Position numbers and translations under genes: made by a program. A stretch of DNA of 50,015 nt from a virus (Duplodnaviria; Caudoviricetes): positions 1 through 50,015 of IMG/VR virus record IMGVR_UViG_3300028595_000002, one strand, 5' to 3'. The notes beneath the pieces were generated by a model. It had not been told where the DNA came from. It ran no database searches and saw only the letters and a list, made by a program, of their open reading frames with translations. Below, piece after piece: positions 31,978 to 46,396 of this stretch (the stretch's first letter is position 1; each line of letters starts with the position of its first letter).

Positions 31978-32571
31978 TTATTTTTCTAACTTAGTCCCTT
32001 GTTTATTTAATAATTTAACCAATCTTCCCATCATTATAGCAACTTCTTTTCTTGAAATTGGTTCATCTGCTCTTTCTCAATTCCGTAATCCTAGATCAAA
32101 CGCCAATTTATCACTTCATTTTTTTACCATCTCTTTTTTATTAAGATATATTTTAAAGTCCTCTACATTAAAGTTCTTTCAAGGACAACTCTTATAACTA
32201 GCAAATTTATTATGTCATTCTATTATTAATTTTCAAAACTGCTTTTGTAACTCTAAACAAATCCCTTTTAAGGACTGTAATTGCTCTTGTGAAGGTTCTT
32301 GTATATCTAGGTTACCACAAAGACAAATTCAAACTGATTCAGTATTGATCCTCCGATTACTAGCATGATAACCTATTTCATTTAGGCTTCTTGTATGTAG
32401 TATTTTTCAGTTTCTTCATATTATATAATGGTAAGCACAGTAGTTTCCCAAAACATTAGCTTTTTCATGTAGTCGTTTTCGATGAGATACATTACAAGAT
32501 TTTAATAACAGATCTGCGTTATCTTGAACGACTGCGGCGTGATGGATAACTACGTATTTAATGCTTCTCAT
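31978..32571 (-). CDS. Endolysin: N-acetylmuramoyl-L-alanine amidase (Amidase_2) with SLH-like C-terminus (197 aa)
   Basis: YVVIHHA, AYHYIIGRNG, GYHA, SVGICLCGN, EGHNKF, KSCPG. Confidence 0.88.
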
Positions 32572-32756
32572 TCTTTTTTATTAGATATTAAACTATCTTG
32601 AGTCCCTATTTTATTTCAATAGTAGAAAGCTATTACTATATTTACTATAGATACGAATTCACTACCCTTAACGACTCCTGTAAAGGTAAACACCAACAAT
32701 CACAAAACCAATAAAAGTAAAGACAGTTTCGTAACTGAATACATTACTCCTTTCAT
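32550..32756 (-). CDS. Holin-like two-TM protein (68 aa)
   Basis: Two hydrophobic helices ending IAFYYG; immediately upstream of the amidase. Confidence 0.6.
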
Positions 32757-32772
32757 AATATAATATTAAAAA

Positions 32773-33078
32773 TTATTTTATAATCAAAATTAAAAGTCCA
32801 CTCATTACAGCAGTAACTATTATCCAAGCAACCCTTGATATAACCTTCTCTGTTTTTAGGATTCTATCACGCAAACGTCATTCTATTTGTCATATTTGCT
32901 CTTTCGTTACGAATTTATCCATAAACATATCAATCTTTTGATTTAGTTTATCAAATTCTATTCTGTGGTTTTCTTTTAATTCCTTTATTTCTTGTGCCAC
33001 ATTAATTTGGTTAGCTTCTAAAACAGCTATTTCACGTTCCTTATAGCATCTTATATGCTCTTTAACATCTCTATTCAT
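32773..33078 (-). CDS. Coiled-coil protein with C-terminal TM (XhlA/holin-associated-like, 101 aa)
   Basis: Track ORF extended through TGA; ends VAWIIVTAVMSGLLILIIK. Confidence 0.6.
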
Positions 33079-33433
33079 AATTCATAAAATTTTTTAAATT
33101 TATTTTTATTCTTTTCATAATCATATAGATTCAACAAATTATTAAATATCATTCCATTGTATCTTGTATTAACCGTCCTTTGTCTATAGGTCATACTATA
33201 TTGGACATATTATCTTTAATCCGAAAGTACTCTAAACCCACATACAAACTAGACGTAAACAAAAACCCTACTAATAAAAATGAACAAAATTCTAATAATA
33301 TTATAAAATCATGCAAAAATTCATCTTTATTTTTTATATTAGAAACAGTCCTTAAAGACATTCTGGTATAAATTAATATTACAATGCCATAAAATAAAAC
33401 TACAGTATGTATATAACCAGGAAAAAACTTCAT
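33071..33433 (-). CDS. Multi-TM membrane protein in the lysis cassette (120 aa)
   Basis: Track ORF extended through TGA to TAG. Confidence 0.55.
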
Positions 33434-33502
33434 TTTTAAAACTAAAAAAATACTATCGATACTATATATACCGATAGTATTTAATATGTCAAGGGCATAA
33501 AA

Positions 33503-35008
33503 TTAAGCTGATATATCTGAATATTTTAAATTAATTTTTTCTCAATCTGTTCAAGAAGCTCCATTGGTAGATACTGGAGTTCCACCTCATCATCAAGTTC
33601 ATCAACTTCCTCAAGTACTAGTTAAAGTTCAAGAAAAATTATTAGTATAACCAACTAATATAATTGCTCCTCAACTTCCACCTCATCATCAACCACCTCA
33701 TCATCAAGAAGCCCCTCAATTAGCACCAGTTCATCAATCACCACCATCTCATCAGTCTTCTCAAACGGTAGTTAAGTTTCCAGTTCAAGCGAAAGTATTT
33801 GCTAATATAACAATCCCAGCTCATGCTCTTCAAGGTACTCATCATCAACCACCTCATCATCAAGCTACTCAAGTATCGACATAGGATCAATTAGTTCAAT
33901 TAGCACCCAAAAGTCATCAAGATCCTCAATTAGCCGAGTCTCATGTAGCGGTTCTAGTAGCACCACCACCTCAACCTCATCAGAATATTCATGGCATTCA
34001 ACACCTAAATAATCAAGAAGCACCGTTGGTTATATCTTGAACAGTACCTCAATCCCCACCTTGAGAAATATTGATAGTTCAAGCGTTTCATCATCTTCAT
34101 CAATCCGCTATTCAAGTACCTGCTCCACTACCTCATCATCAATATCAATAGGTGCTACCAGTTCATCAAGTGGAATTTCATCATCAATTACCTCAAGTTC
34201 CTACATTATTACAACTAGCTTCTATTCAGAGTAGATTAGAAGTGATGTAGCTTTTATCTAAATAAGCACCTGTTAAATCTATATCTCAATCAATAGTACA
34301 AGTTCAAGAACATTTTAATCTTAAAACTCCAGTAGTGTCAGTAGTAGATAAAACCGCACCTGCAGATATATTAATAGATGAATAATTATAATCAGTATCC
34401 AAACTTAGATTAGTCGTTCAAGAAGTTATATTTAAGACTCCATCACTACCATCTCAAAATAATGCAGGGGTAGAAGAAACAGATGTTAATCAACTTCAAT
34501 CTCAAGTAAAAGAATTTCCTATAAAGTCAGTTTGTCAAGCTGTTCAAATTGTATGAGAAGAGGTTGAATCAGTCGCTATATCTATATCTCATTTAATTTT
34601 TACAAATTCCCTTTCATCTGTAATAGATCAAGAACTAATACTAGCAAGTGGTATATAGTTACTGCTAGGGTAACTTGTATCTGTTTGTATAGTCCCTATT
34701 CAAGTTCAATCTGCATTATTTCAAGATCCATCATTTATATTAGCTTGAGTAACTTTTATAAACACTTTCTTAGTTCAAGAGGTATCGATAGTGACAGATG
34801 AAGTATTTTCATAGGTTACTAAAAAACTTTCTTCTGGACTAGTATTAGTTCTAGTGACTTCTATTATAGCTTTTCAAGCTGATACAGAGTTTGTCGTAAC
34901 TTCTAATCAAGTTATTACTCATTCTTTTATTACGGAACTTCAGGGAAAACTAAAATGTTTATCTTGATTAATATTCGTTCCGTTTAGTAGTCATATTATT
35001 TCTGTCAT
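33503..35008 (-). CDS. Glycine-rich tail/fibre protein (501 aa)
   Basis: Runs such as TGA TGA TGA GGT GGT TGA TGA TGA GGT give poly-Gly; LFGDGSDG motif. Confidence 0.8.
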
Positions 35009-35026
35009 ATTTGTTAATTAGTTTTA

Positions 35027-36844
35027 TTAAGATTGATACCGCTCTAACTTATGATAACCCGTATTTTCCCATTTTATATAAAAATTAGTTTGTCCTCCAA
35101 TAGAGATGAAACCATACTTTATTATCTCTAAATCAATTGTTCTATCAAGATTAGGTGTTGCATATACTCTACTAATTAATAGATCTGTATTGTAAGTGCG
35201 AATAACATCAAAATCTAAATAAAAATTATATAAATTACCATTTAATCAATTTACTTTTACTAGTTGCGTATTTGTTGCAGAGGATACCGTACTAGTTGCT
35301 GTACAATCATTAGCTTTATCTCTATGCCGTTCATGTATTGTTCAATCTGTCCAATCAGAACTTATTGATAATGTTACACTCCTTGTTCAATAAATACTAC
35401 CATACAATCTTACCCTAGTTCTTGAATGTTCTGCATAGCCTATAGGAATGGCACTACTAACGTAATCAGTCCCATAAGTGGCAGCTATACTACCACTATT
35501 AGTCCACATATTGACTCAAGAATAATCTATCTCAATATCACTTGCATTATTAGTAACCGTAATATTACTTCAAGCTTTGATAGTTTTTAATTCTAAATCA
35601 GTTCAAGTTTTTTGTTTGAACACATCTCAATCTCAAGTTCATACATTACTAGCAGTATTTACTTCTCAACTAGTCAATCAAGTGGTTGCTATCTCAATAT
35701 CACTTGCATTATTAGTAACCGTAATATTACTTCAAGCCTTGATAGTTTTATATTCAAAATCAATTCAAGCCTTTTGCTTAAAAACTTCTCAATCGCCAGT
35801 ACCTACATTTGAACCAGTATTAGCTTCTCATACAGAACTAGCAGCTGATATTTCAATATCACTTGCATTATTAGTAACCGTAATATTAGTTCAAGCTTTG
35901 ATGGTTTTTAATTCAAGATCAATTCAAGTTTTTTGCTTAAAAACCTCTCAATCTCAAGTTCATACATTACTAGCAGTATTAACTTCTCAACTACCACCTC
36001 AAGCTGAAATCCTATCATCTATTTCATCGGCACTTAATAAGTCAGTAGTTCATGTCCCAGAGTCATTCAAAGCTATTCAAGAGTCTTGTATATCTCATCA
36101 AGCATCTCTAGTTACAAAATTTCAGTTAGTTCATCATGTTATTATATTCGCTTTATCTGCAATTGTAGCAACTAGATTTTTATCACTAGTAGTATAGTCA
36201 TTAGTGGTTTTTACGTAAGTTGTACCATCGTCCATATTATCCATATCAAAAGCAGATACATTTTTACTCGTAGGATCATAGACTGATTTATCCATTTTCC
36301 CCCCTATTGTAGCAACTAAATTTTTATCACTAGTAGTATAATCGTTAGTAGTTTTTACATAAGTAGATCAATTTTCCATATTATCCATATCATAAACGTC
36401 TACCTGTTTATTTGCAGTATCGTAAGTAGTTTTAGTCATTTTTCATGAAATTGTCGCTACACTGCTTTTTTCTGAGTCTGTATAATTATTTTCTGTTTTT
36501 ACGTAAGTAGATCAATTTGTCATATTATCCATATCAAAAGCAGATACATTTTTACTGGTAGGATCATAGACTGATTTATCCATTTTGTCAGATATAGAAG
36601 CTATGGCATTTTTATCAGATGTAGTATAGTCGTTAGTAGTTTTTACGTAAGTTGTACCATCGTCCATATTATCCATATTATAAACATCTACCTCTTTAGA
36701 AGATGGATCATAGGTAGATTGCTCCATTTTATCATTATTTAGATTATCGAGATTTGTATTTATTTTTTGTCATCCCTCATATACTGTATCTCAACTTGCA
36801 GTATTAGGTCAACTTCCAAAATCTAAAGGTGTAATTGTAGTCAT
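35027..36844 (-). CDS. Repeat-rich tail fibre/baseplate protein 2 (605 aa)
   Basis: N-terminus SGDTVYEGGQKINTNL; four 48-aa KMDKSVYDP repeats (144-bp period); three ~53-aa NTASNVGTG repeats. Confidence 0.8.
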
Positions 36845-36866
36845 AAGATATTTTTATAATTATTTA

Positions 36867-38408
36867 TTATTGCCACCGAGTATATTTATGATATCAATCA
36901 CTTATCCAATGAATATAAAACTCACTAGATACAGAAGCTCAAAAATTTGCATAATGTAATATATAAGCGAATGTATTTTTAGCAACACCATGTACAAAAC
37001 TAACAAAGGCATGGTTAGCATCTATTTTCATCACTTCTATCTCTATTAATACGTCCCATAAACTTCATCATTGGGTAAATAATTTAGTATATGTTTGAGA
37101 AGCACCATAAGTTATATCCCTATCAGATAATCTTTCTAGTTTATAATCGTGGTCTGTGCTGTCAGTTCCTCAAGAAGCAAAAGAAAGTCTTAGTTCTGTT
37201 ATACCATCTCAATAAATTGAAACCCTAGTAGGTACATAACTAGCTAGAGGTATAGCAGATGAAGTATAACTGGTAGAGTGATAAGTTCTTGAAACAGATC
37301 CAGTAGAACTCCAACGAGAAGCGGAACTGCCTAGTCTTTGATCTATTCAATATAAATGAGATGTTAATTGGTCGGTTCAATCTACCTCTGTCGGAGTAGA
37401 AGCTGGTGTATAATTTGTTGGAGACCAAGTTATATTTAATTTATCTCAATCTATTTCATCAGTTCATCAATCTATATGAGAGCTACTATGAGTAGTAGGA
37501 GTTCTAGAATCTGATAATCTGGAATCATTTCATTGACAGATAGTTCAGGAACTAGTTCAGAAGTTTTTATTAAAAGCTGTATTAGGGGTAACTGCTTGTA
37601 TAGTTTTAGAATTAACTCAATCAAATACTGCTATATCGTTATTGGCGTTTGTAGTAGGTCAAAGAATATCTCATGCTCAAGTAGTAGAAATTTCAATATC
37701 ACTTGCATTATTAGTGATAGTAATATTACTTCAAGCTTTTATTGTTTTTAGTTCAAGATCAATTCAAGTTTTTTGTTTAAAAACTTCTCAATCTCAAGTT
37801 CATATATTACTAGCTGTATTGCTTTCTCATACAGATCAAGTCGCAGATATTTCAATATCACTTGCATTATTAGTGATAGTAATATTACTTCAAGCTTTAA
37901 TTGTTTTTAGTTCAAGATCCACTCAAGTTTTTTGTTTAAAAACCTCTCAATCTCAAGTTCATACATTACTAGCTGTATTATCTTCTCAACCTGCACTAGC
38001 AGATATCCTCGAGTCTATTTCATTAGAACTTAATAATTGAATGTTTGAACTGCCTGAATCATTAATAGAGTATAAAGAGTCCTGAATATCTCCACCACTT
38101 CAAATAGATACCAAATTTCACGAAATACCACCACTTATTTTATTTGCCTTATTATCTATGGTATCCACTAGGTTTTTATCTGTATCAGTATAATTATTAG
38201 CTGTTTTTACATAACTAACTCAATTATCCATATTATCCATATTGAAACAGTCAACAGATTTATTTCATGGATCATATACTAACTTTTCCATTTTGTCATC
38301 ATTGATAGCTTCAAAGTTATCATTAATTTTTTGTCATCAATCTCTTAATGGATCTCAAGTATTGGTATCTGGTCAGGTTCAAAGGTCTAAGTATTTTATT
38401 GTACTCAT
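36867..38408 (-). CDS. Repeat-containing tail fibre/baseplate protein 1 (513 aa)
   Basis: N-terminus TGDPLRDGGQKINDNF (T4 gp9/gp10-like); paralogue of the next gene. Confidence 0.8.
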
Positions 38409-38415
38409 AGTTTAA

Positions 38416-39768
38416 TTAAAATTCTAATTTCTTAATTCTATCCAAAGCATCCGATATTATATTTTGTGTATCTACTCTTTTTACGACTGTTTCTGCTATC
38501 TCTATATCGTTTATAATTTTTTGTTGGTCTTCTATAGTAATTTTTTGCTTTAATACAAATGTTTCTGTTTCAGTATTTAGATAATCATTAACTTCTTCTA
38601 TTCTCAAAGCCACTTTATCTCAAATATCTATATTTTGTATATTAGGATCTGTATAGTCTAATTTTAGATTTATAGTTTTTTGTGGATTTTTATATATATC
38701 TATATAAGCATCTGTGTTCGCTTGTAATCAAGTGGTTCTAAATCTTTTACCTTCTTGTAATAATCAATATTCTAATTGAGAAGCTGTATCTTGTGATATA
38801 TCGGTATAGTAATCATCTTTTCAAAAAACATAATTAGTAATAGATCAAAAGTTATTATTAGATATATCGATAATATTATTACTTTCAGGAGCTTTTTGAT
38901 TATATACTAATTCAATATAATTAGTTCCGCTTGTTTTGTCAAGTCATAGTATTTCATCGGCAACTAAAACTCAATTATTATTAACTTTCCAATAATAAGA
39001 AATTCATCAAAACAACTCCTCAAAAACTCAATAAACCGAGTCTCAAGGTTCACTTTGTAAATCAGTGGTGTTTGCTCCTAAACTACCTATTTCTAAACTC
39101 CAAGATTCAAGAAAATCTCATAAAGAAGATGTTCAAGAATTGATGGTAGCTAATATATTATTAGCGATTGTTTCTATCGCAGTACTGGAATAATTAAGTG
39201 TGATTGTGGTTTTTCTCTTAAAATAAGCCTTATAGCAACGACCTATAATTCTTATTGCGTTCTGGTTAGGTATTAATTCGTGGATATATCAACTGAACAA
39301 TATAGTATCTTCTCATTCTTCTGTTTCAACTAATTCGATCCTCCTGTATTCCTTTAATCAAGAGTAATTCTCATAGTTTATAGAGCCAAAATTATAAGTT
39401 TCAGTAGAAGTAAAAGAACTAGTACTCCATCTAATAAAAGAATCTGGATCACTATATCAACTTAGATATCAGTTATAATAAGAATTGTCATTATTATAAT
39501 ATAGTGTATCATTATTGGCTAAAATTGTATTAGAATAGACACTAGAATTATCTAAGTAAATCTTAGTGCTATCAAATAAGGCACTTGCTCATCAACTCGC
39601 TGTTTCTTGCCGATTATCATTAACATATTTGCTATAAGGTATATCGACTGTTAAAACAGAGAAATTTACTAAATCCTTCTGTATTTCTGCAAAACTTATT
39701 TCGGAACTTTGAAATATACAAGAAGAATTAAAATGTCATCAATATACCTTTACTATAAATTCACTCAT
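38416..39768 (-). CDS. Tail tip/hub (Tal-like) protein (450 aa)
   Basis: Open with TGA=Gly; position after the Dit-like gene; TAATG coupling. Confidence 0.65.
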
Positions 39769-40616
39769 TAGAAGTATTGATATCTATATAAAATATCTAT
39801 AGTAACTGTTCAAGATGAGTCATAATCATCTCATAAAAGTACTAAAGTATTTGCTCAAGGATCTAAGTATACAAAATTACTTCAACTAGTCCTATAAGAC
39901 ATTACATTTATTCATTCATCAGTTACTATAAAAGGTCTTTCTCTGTTATCTATTATTAGATTTGTGGTAGTTTTAGTTACTCAAAAGAATCTTCAATTAA
40001 CAGTATTTAATACTTTAGGATTAGTAATAGAACCAACTACATTTATTAAACAAGGACTTTTAAAATTTCAAGAATTAGTTATTTCTATCTCTCATATTAA
40101 ATCATTTAGAATAGTGCCTAATCTAGTACCTAAAGTTGTTCATCAAAAATAGCCTTGTAATCCATTAGAATATAATAGAGCTTGTCATGAATAACTTGAT
40201 TCTTCTGAATATAATTCAAACTTAAAATCTATTACATCATCTGATCTGGTATCTACTTGTAAAGGAGTATAAACCTTAGCCATACATCTAACATCTCTAC
40301 CACCTTCATCTGTCCAAAGTAACTCATAAAATCATCTATTGTCTAAAGTTGGTGTACCTTCTGGCTTTATTAGATTAGATAATTCGATATACGCCGTTTG
40401 TCTTTCTGCTTGAGTATCTCAAAATATACTTCAATTAAATGTAAATAATCTTCAAGAAGCTACAGTATTTCCAATATAAGATCAATGGTAGTTAACCCTA
40501 TCTGAAACGTTGCTTTTTAGTGTTGCGTTATATACAACAGTTGTGGCTGTGAGCTGAACAGTAACACTATCACTAGATAAATACGTTCAATTGTAGCTCC
40601 AATTTTGTGTTCTCAT
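39768..40616 (-). CDS. Distal tail (Dit-like) protein (282 aa)
   Basis: Directly after the tape measure gene (TAATG overlap); FVYLDPGANTL motif. Confidence 0.7.
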
Positions 40617-43600
40617 TATATAATATTAGTAATAGATCTATTAAAACCTTCCATATCAGCTATATTATTGATATTGTTATTTAATGAAACATTTTTTGTA
40701 CTATTATTGAAATTAGATATAGAACCTTGTCATGATTTTAGTGCTTGTTCCCTTGTTTTAGCTCATAGCTTTTGTAACTTAGTACCTAAACTTTCTACTA
40801 GATCTTGTTGAAATTTTATCTTTTCCTTAAATTCTTCTAAATATTTATTATCTAATTCTGATTTAGCATTTATATAATTCTCGTACAATTCTTTTTGCTT
40901 GTCTAAATTGTTTTTTGAAAGTTCTATCTCTAGTTGTAGCTTAGTATTCTTGTTATTTAGATCTCTAGCGTATTCTTGATTGTTAAAATCCGTTAGCTCA
41001 TCTAAGTTTACTTGTTCTCATTTTAAGGCTTTTCTTTGTATATTTAAACGCTCTCTCAAAGTTTGTTCCCTTTTAGCAAATTCTTCTTCTTTTTTACTGG
41101 CTTCTTCTTCCAATATTCTTGCTTTTTCTTTTTGTTCTAGTTCTATCTTTCTACTTTGGGTTAGTTCTCAATAAGATCTAGCATTTTTTATAATAGCATT
41201 ATCAACCTTTGCCTTTATCCTTTCCCCTTCTTGATCTAATCATATTTGCTTCTTTGAGAGTTCTTGTATTTCCTCAAAGGTTTGTATAGCACTAGAAAGA
41301 TCATCAGCTGAAATACCTTTAATACTAGATCATTTTAGTTTTTTTAAGGTTTCTATATCAATGGATCTAGCGAGTTTTATATCTACTCATTTGTTTTGTA
41401 ATTCATTTAATTGAGCTTCTAGTTCTATCTTTCTTTTTGCTATTTCTTCTTTTTCTTTTTCTATTTCTAAAAACCTACCTGCTAATCTATCAGAAGTTTC
41501 GGCTTCTATATCTTTTTTAGCTTGTCTTTGTCATTCTCTAAAATCATCTATTTCTTTGTTTAATTCTTTTAAAGAATTTTTATTAGCTCTTACTCATTTT
41601 TGTAATGTAGCTTGAAAGTCCTTACTGGCTTGAGTAGCCTTTTCAAGTGCTTTGGTTTCCTTATCAATAGCCTTTTTGGTTTCGTCTACATATTTAGAGG
41701 CTGTTTTGTATACATCTTTAAATATTTTTTTCTTGTTTTCTAGTCTTTGTTGTTCCTTTTTAGCATCTTCTTCGATAGCTTTTTCTAGTTCTTTTTCTAA
41801 TTTCAAGAAAAGCTTTTGTGCTTCTATTTTTGTTTTTTGTCTTTCTTCTTCCCTTTTTTTTAGTTTTTTATATTTTTTTTCTTCTATTTTTAATTGTTCA
41901 TCATTTAGATCTTTTAAAATTTCAAAGGTGTCTTTGCTTAATTTGCTTACATCTTTATCATATCTAGCGTAAGCCTCTTCTCTTGCTTGTAGTTTTTGAT
42001 AATAAGTTTTATCACTTTTGTCTATTGTTGATAACTCTCTTGCCAATTTTTCTTTTAGATTTTTGGTTATGAATTTTAATTGCTTTTCATCTAACTTTTT
42101 AAAGTTTTCCCTTTGTTTCTCGTAAGACTTCCTTTGTTTTTCAAGATTACTTAACCTTAGATCTGTCTTTTTTTCTTCTGCTTCATCGATTATATTTAAT
42201 ACCTTTTTATTAAGCTCTTTTTCGTTTTTTATAGTTTCCTCTGCTTGTTTTATTTTTAATAAAGCCTCTTTATCAATAGCTTCTTCTTTAGCTTTTAGTT
42301 CTTCCTCTATTAATTTTTTTGCTGATGTTCAACCTCCAGCTCATCCTCAACCGACTTCTCATCATCCTTTGTTTCACCAACTTCTTTTACCTGCTTCAGT
42401 TTTTCATTTTATTTCATCTATAATACCTTGTATAGTGTCATTCTTAGCTAATCTATCAACATCTGATATCTCTTTTCTTATTGCTTCTAACTGTGCTTTT
42501 TCTTTTCAATAAACTTCATTGTTTTTTCTTAATAAAGCATCTTTAGAGTTTATGATGTTATTAGTTTCCTTATCTACTGCTTCAAAAGATGTAACCGCAT
42601 TTTCTGTTAATGATTTTATATCATCTCATAATCAAGTAAAAACATCTGAAAATCCTTTTTGTTCATCTAATCATTGAGTTAGATTACCTAATATACTCCC
42701 AAATCTTCAGGTTATAGGGGTATAATCAAAATATTCTGGTATAAAGGTTTCTAGTGTTGGTGCTTTAAAATTAGTTCAAGCTACTTGATTTATACCTTGT
42801 ACCAGCTTCTTAACTGGGTTAGCAAAGCTTTCTAATACCCTAACATATTTTCTTAAAGCCCATAAAGCACCATTAGCTAGTGCTAATCATAAATTCTTTC
42901 AGGCATCAAAAAATAAGCCAACTCAATCACTAAATATAGTTCAAGCATTTTGAAAAGTATTCGCTATTATCTTTACAAAATTACCCATACCAGTGGCAAC
43001 GTAATCTACAAACCCACCTATCGCCTTTGCTCATATATGGAATACCCCCACCAGTATAGTAGCAAATATATTTAAGGTGTTTTTAACGTTTCCTATAGTT
43101 CAAGCCCATTCAACCGCAAAGTCTTTTAAATATTTCTTTACGTCTATATACATACTAAATACAGATATAGCCATTCAAGCTACTAGATCAACAAAAACCT
43201 TAGTGGTTTTAACTACTGTCGGCAAAAACCCTCTTCAAATAGCTTCCTGTAATCTCTGCCATCTATTTCTTTGTAGTTTTAATTTTGATTCAGTAGTATT
43301 AAATCTTTTTTCTGCTTCTTTTTGTAATGCATTATTATCTTTAAAGGCTTTATTAGCTCTTTCGATTTGTGTTCTTAATATATCTCCTGCTCAAGCCGCT
43401 TTTTGTAAGGCTTCTGTTAATCTTACATTTTTAGATATTAAATCCTCTATTACTATAGTTCATTCTTTCCCATATTCTCATACTCATTCTATAAATCTTG
43501 TAAAAGCTTCTGCGGCGTTTGTTTCCCACGCCTCTACGAACTGTTCAGAGGTCATATTAGCTACCTCTGCTATTTGTTCAAGGTTTTCTCATCAAGTTAA

Positions 43601-44872
43601 AACTTCTTTATTAATAACCTTGAAAGTTTTTCTAATAGCTGTACCTCAAGCCTCCGCCTCAACTCATAAAGAACTAAAAGCTGTTGCTATTCATAAAATA
43701 TCTTGTGTTGATACTCCTGCTATTTGTGATATAGCCGAGGTTCTATTGGCAAACTCTAGTATCTTAGATTCTGTAGTCGCCGAATTATTTCATAAGTCAA
43801 TTAAAGCCGCACCTAAGCGATCAAATTGATTTTTGGGTAGTTGTGTTACATTAGCTAATTTTGCGAATCATTCTGCGGCTTCTTCAGTAGTTAATCTAGT
43901 ACTAGCACCTACTTGTGCGATAACTCTAGTAAATTCTTTTAGATTTTCTATAGGAATATTTAATTGTCATCCCACTTCTGCGATACCTGCAATCTCTTCA
44001 AAAGTTAAAGGTATTTCTTTTGTAAGATCCTTTAGTTGTGATTTTAGTATTCCTAATTGTTCATTTGTAGCGTTTACTGTTTTCTCTACTCAAGCAAACG
44101 CCGACTCAAAAGATATAGCGGTAGTAATAGTTCAAGTAAAGAATTCTTTTATTTTTTGTAATCAAGTTGCAACTGCCACGAATGCCACGAATCTTTTTGT
44201 TGCCAGTCAAAGAGAACGTGAGAATTCTCTAATATTTACCTCTACTCATCAAAATAACTTACCTAAAACTGAAAGATCCTTTTTTCATGTCCTTAAAAAA
44301 TTTCTAAGCTCTCTTTTTGCTTTGGTAAGATCTTGCTTCAATAGGTTTATATCTGCCTTTATTTGTAGTTTTTTATCTTCTGATAATGTTTTGTCTTTTA
44401 ACAATTTCTTAGCTCGTTTTATTTTATCTTCTACATCTACTATATTTAATGATAACTTAATAGCTTGTGGGTCTTTTATCCTAGAAGTAAAACCCTCTAT
44501 ATCATCAGTGATTCTTTTTAAATCATCACTAGCTTTTTTGGTATCAAATCTAACCTTACTAGGTTCTCAAATTTTAGATTTTAATTTGCTTACCTGTTCC
44601 TCTAATTTTTCAAATTTTAGATTTAACTCTTCTGCTCCTCTATTTCTACCTAATCTAAGTAAGGTAGATTCTAGTTTACTAACTTCTTTATTGATTTTCT
44701 TAAACTGATCTTTTCCTAAAGTAACCCCTAAAGAGTTCAGTTTCTTAAAGGTTCATATTAGTTTCTCTAGTTTCTTTTTAAAAACTGATATTTGTTTATC
44801 TGCCTGATCTATTGAGTTGTTGAAGCTTTGGGTTTCAACCTCAAGTTTTATCTCAATCTTTTCCTCCTGCAT
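40616..44872 (-). CDS. Tail tape measure protein (1418 aa)
   Basis: TP901-type core AISFESAFAGVEKTV, GGQLNIP, LGVEAEAGGTA; long coiled coil. Confidence 0.9.
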
Positions 44873-45422
44873 TTTTCTTATGATAATTGCTAAGTTTACT
44901 TACAATATCATTTATAGAGGTTTTGTCAATAGACTTGATCTTTTCTTTGTTTATCATATCAAGATTTCTAGCCTTTCAATCTTTGGTTTCTAAATTTGCA
45001 TTATATATCAATCATTTCATATAGATTTCTAACATACAAAAAGTATAGTTATTTAAAATATATAAAGGTTCTGCATTGATTTTTCAAGCAATATGACAAA
45101 TATAAGATGATAATTCTATGGCTTCTAACTTCTTCCCTTCCTTATTATCTCAATCTCACCCAAAAACTCATTTAAAGTGCGTTTTTAGAAGAGTTTTATA
45201 TATCTTGGTATGATTAGTCCTAATCAATGTTTTAGGCGGCTTATTCGTTGAATTAGAGTATATAAAATTTTCCAACCATTCTAATAAATTAAAATCTTCT
45301 TTTTCTAGCAAAATTAAAAACTCTATCACCTCGCAAACTGTGGCTTCTTTATATTTTACTAGAAACTTTTTAGATTTTAAGGATAATGTCAAACTATAGT
45401 CTTTTCTTATAAATCTTTCCAT
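44796..45422 (-). CDS. Tail assembly chaperone-like protein (208 aa)
   Basis: Between tail tube and tape measure; track ORF 45168-45422 extended through TGA to TAA 44796. Confidence 0.6.
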
Positions 45423-45482
45423 ATAATAAAAATTAAGGATAATACCTAGATATTATCCTTAATTCAATTTATAGTCAAATTC

Positions 45483-46322
45483 CTATAGATCATCTGTATA
45501 ATAAATAACCGATCAGTTATTATTACATAAGATGTTTAAAGGAGAGTTAGGAAGATCACTTGCTCTATTTACATCTAAGAATCAAGTTATCAATTCTCAT
45601 TCAAATCAACAATCTATAAAGTAATATACCTTTACCTTGCTAGTTGCACTATCTATAGAAGTAATTCTTACCACTAGTCTTGGTATTTCTCTAGATTTTA
45701 CATTTACTCCGATGTAAGATGAAGCAGTTGGAACATAATCATAATCTGCATCTAATACTCAAGCCTGTGCGGTTATAGGAACGATATAAGTATATCCTAA
45801 TTCTCCATTTACTCAATTACCTACATAAGTAGCGTAATCAGTTCAAGAAACAAGAGCTACTGTATCGGCATCTATTACTATATTTGTTACTATAGTATCT
45901 GCTCCATTTTTATTTAATAGTTTTATTGGCTGTCATACTGTCCATCCAGTTCAAAGAGCCTCTCAAGTAACATTTACAGTTCATCAAGCTACTTGTAGAA
46001 TATTTTTACCTGTTAGCTTATTTATTGCATCTAATTCTAGTACTTCATACCGAGTTCATGAGATAGTCATCTCTGGTTTAGTGCTTGAATATATTACTCA
46101 ATTATCATCTGCCTCTATCTTTACAACATTAGCTCAATAATTTTCACTTACCTGTAAATCTATAATAGAAGCCAATCTCTCATAAGAAAGAGCGTCTAAT
46201 TCAGATCTAACAGTATCTGCATTAGTCATGTCATCTGCTAAAGTGGTTATGGAAGAAGAATAACTTGCTACTTCTATAATTCAAGGATTGACACTCAATG
46301 CTTTTGAATTTGTTGCTGTCAT
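45483..46322 (-). CDS. Major tail tube protein (279 aa)
   Basis: Open with TGA=Gly; position after the neck genes; followed by a terminator-like hairpin. Confidence 0.7.
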
Positions 46323-46396
46323 TTTTAATTATTTAATAAATATTATTAATTACAACTTACTTTTCTAATTGGACTAAGACTAGAAAATAAGAGGTA

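Noticed and set aside
43077-44708. Long + strand ORFs in the track (also 35577-36197, 37642-38040, 3988-4776, 8732-9112)
   Set aside because: Antisense shadows of real minus-strand genes, rich in Ser/Gln from the reverse complement of TGA and common codons
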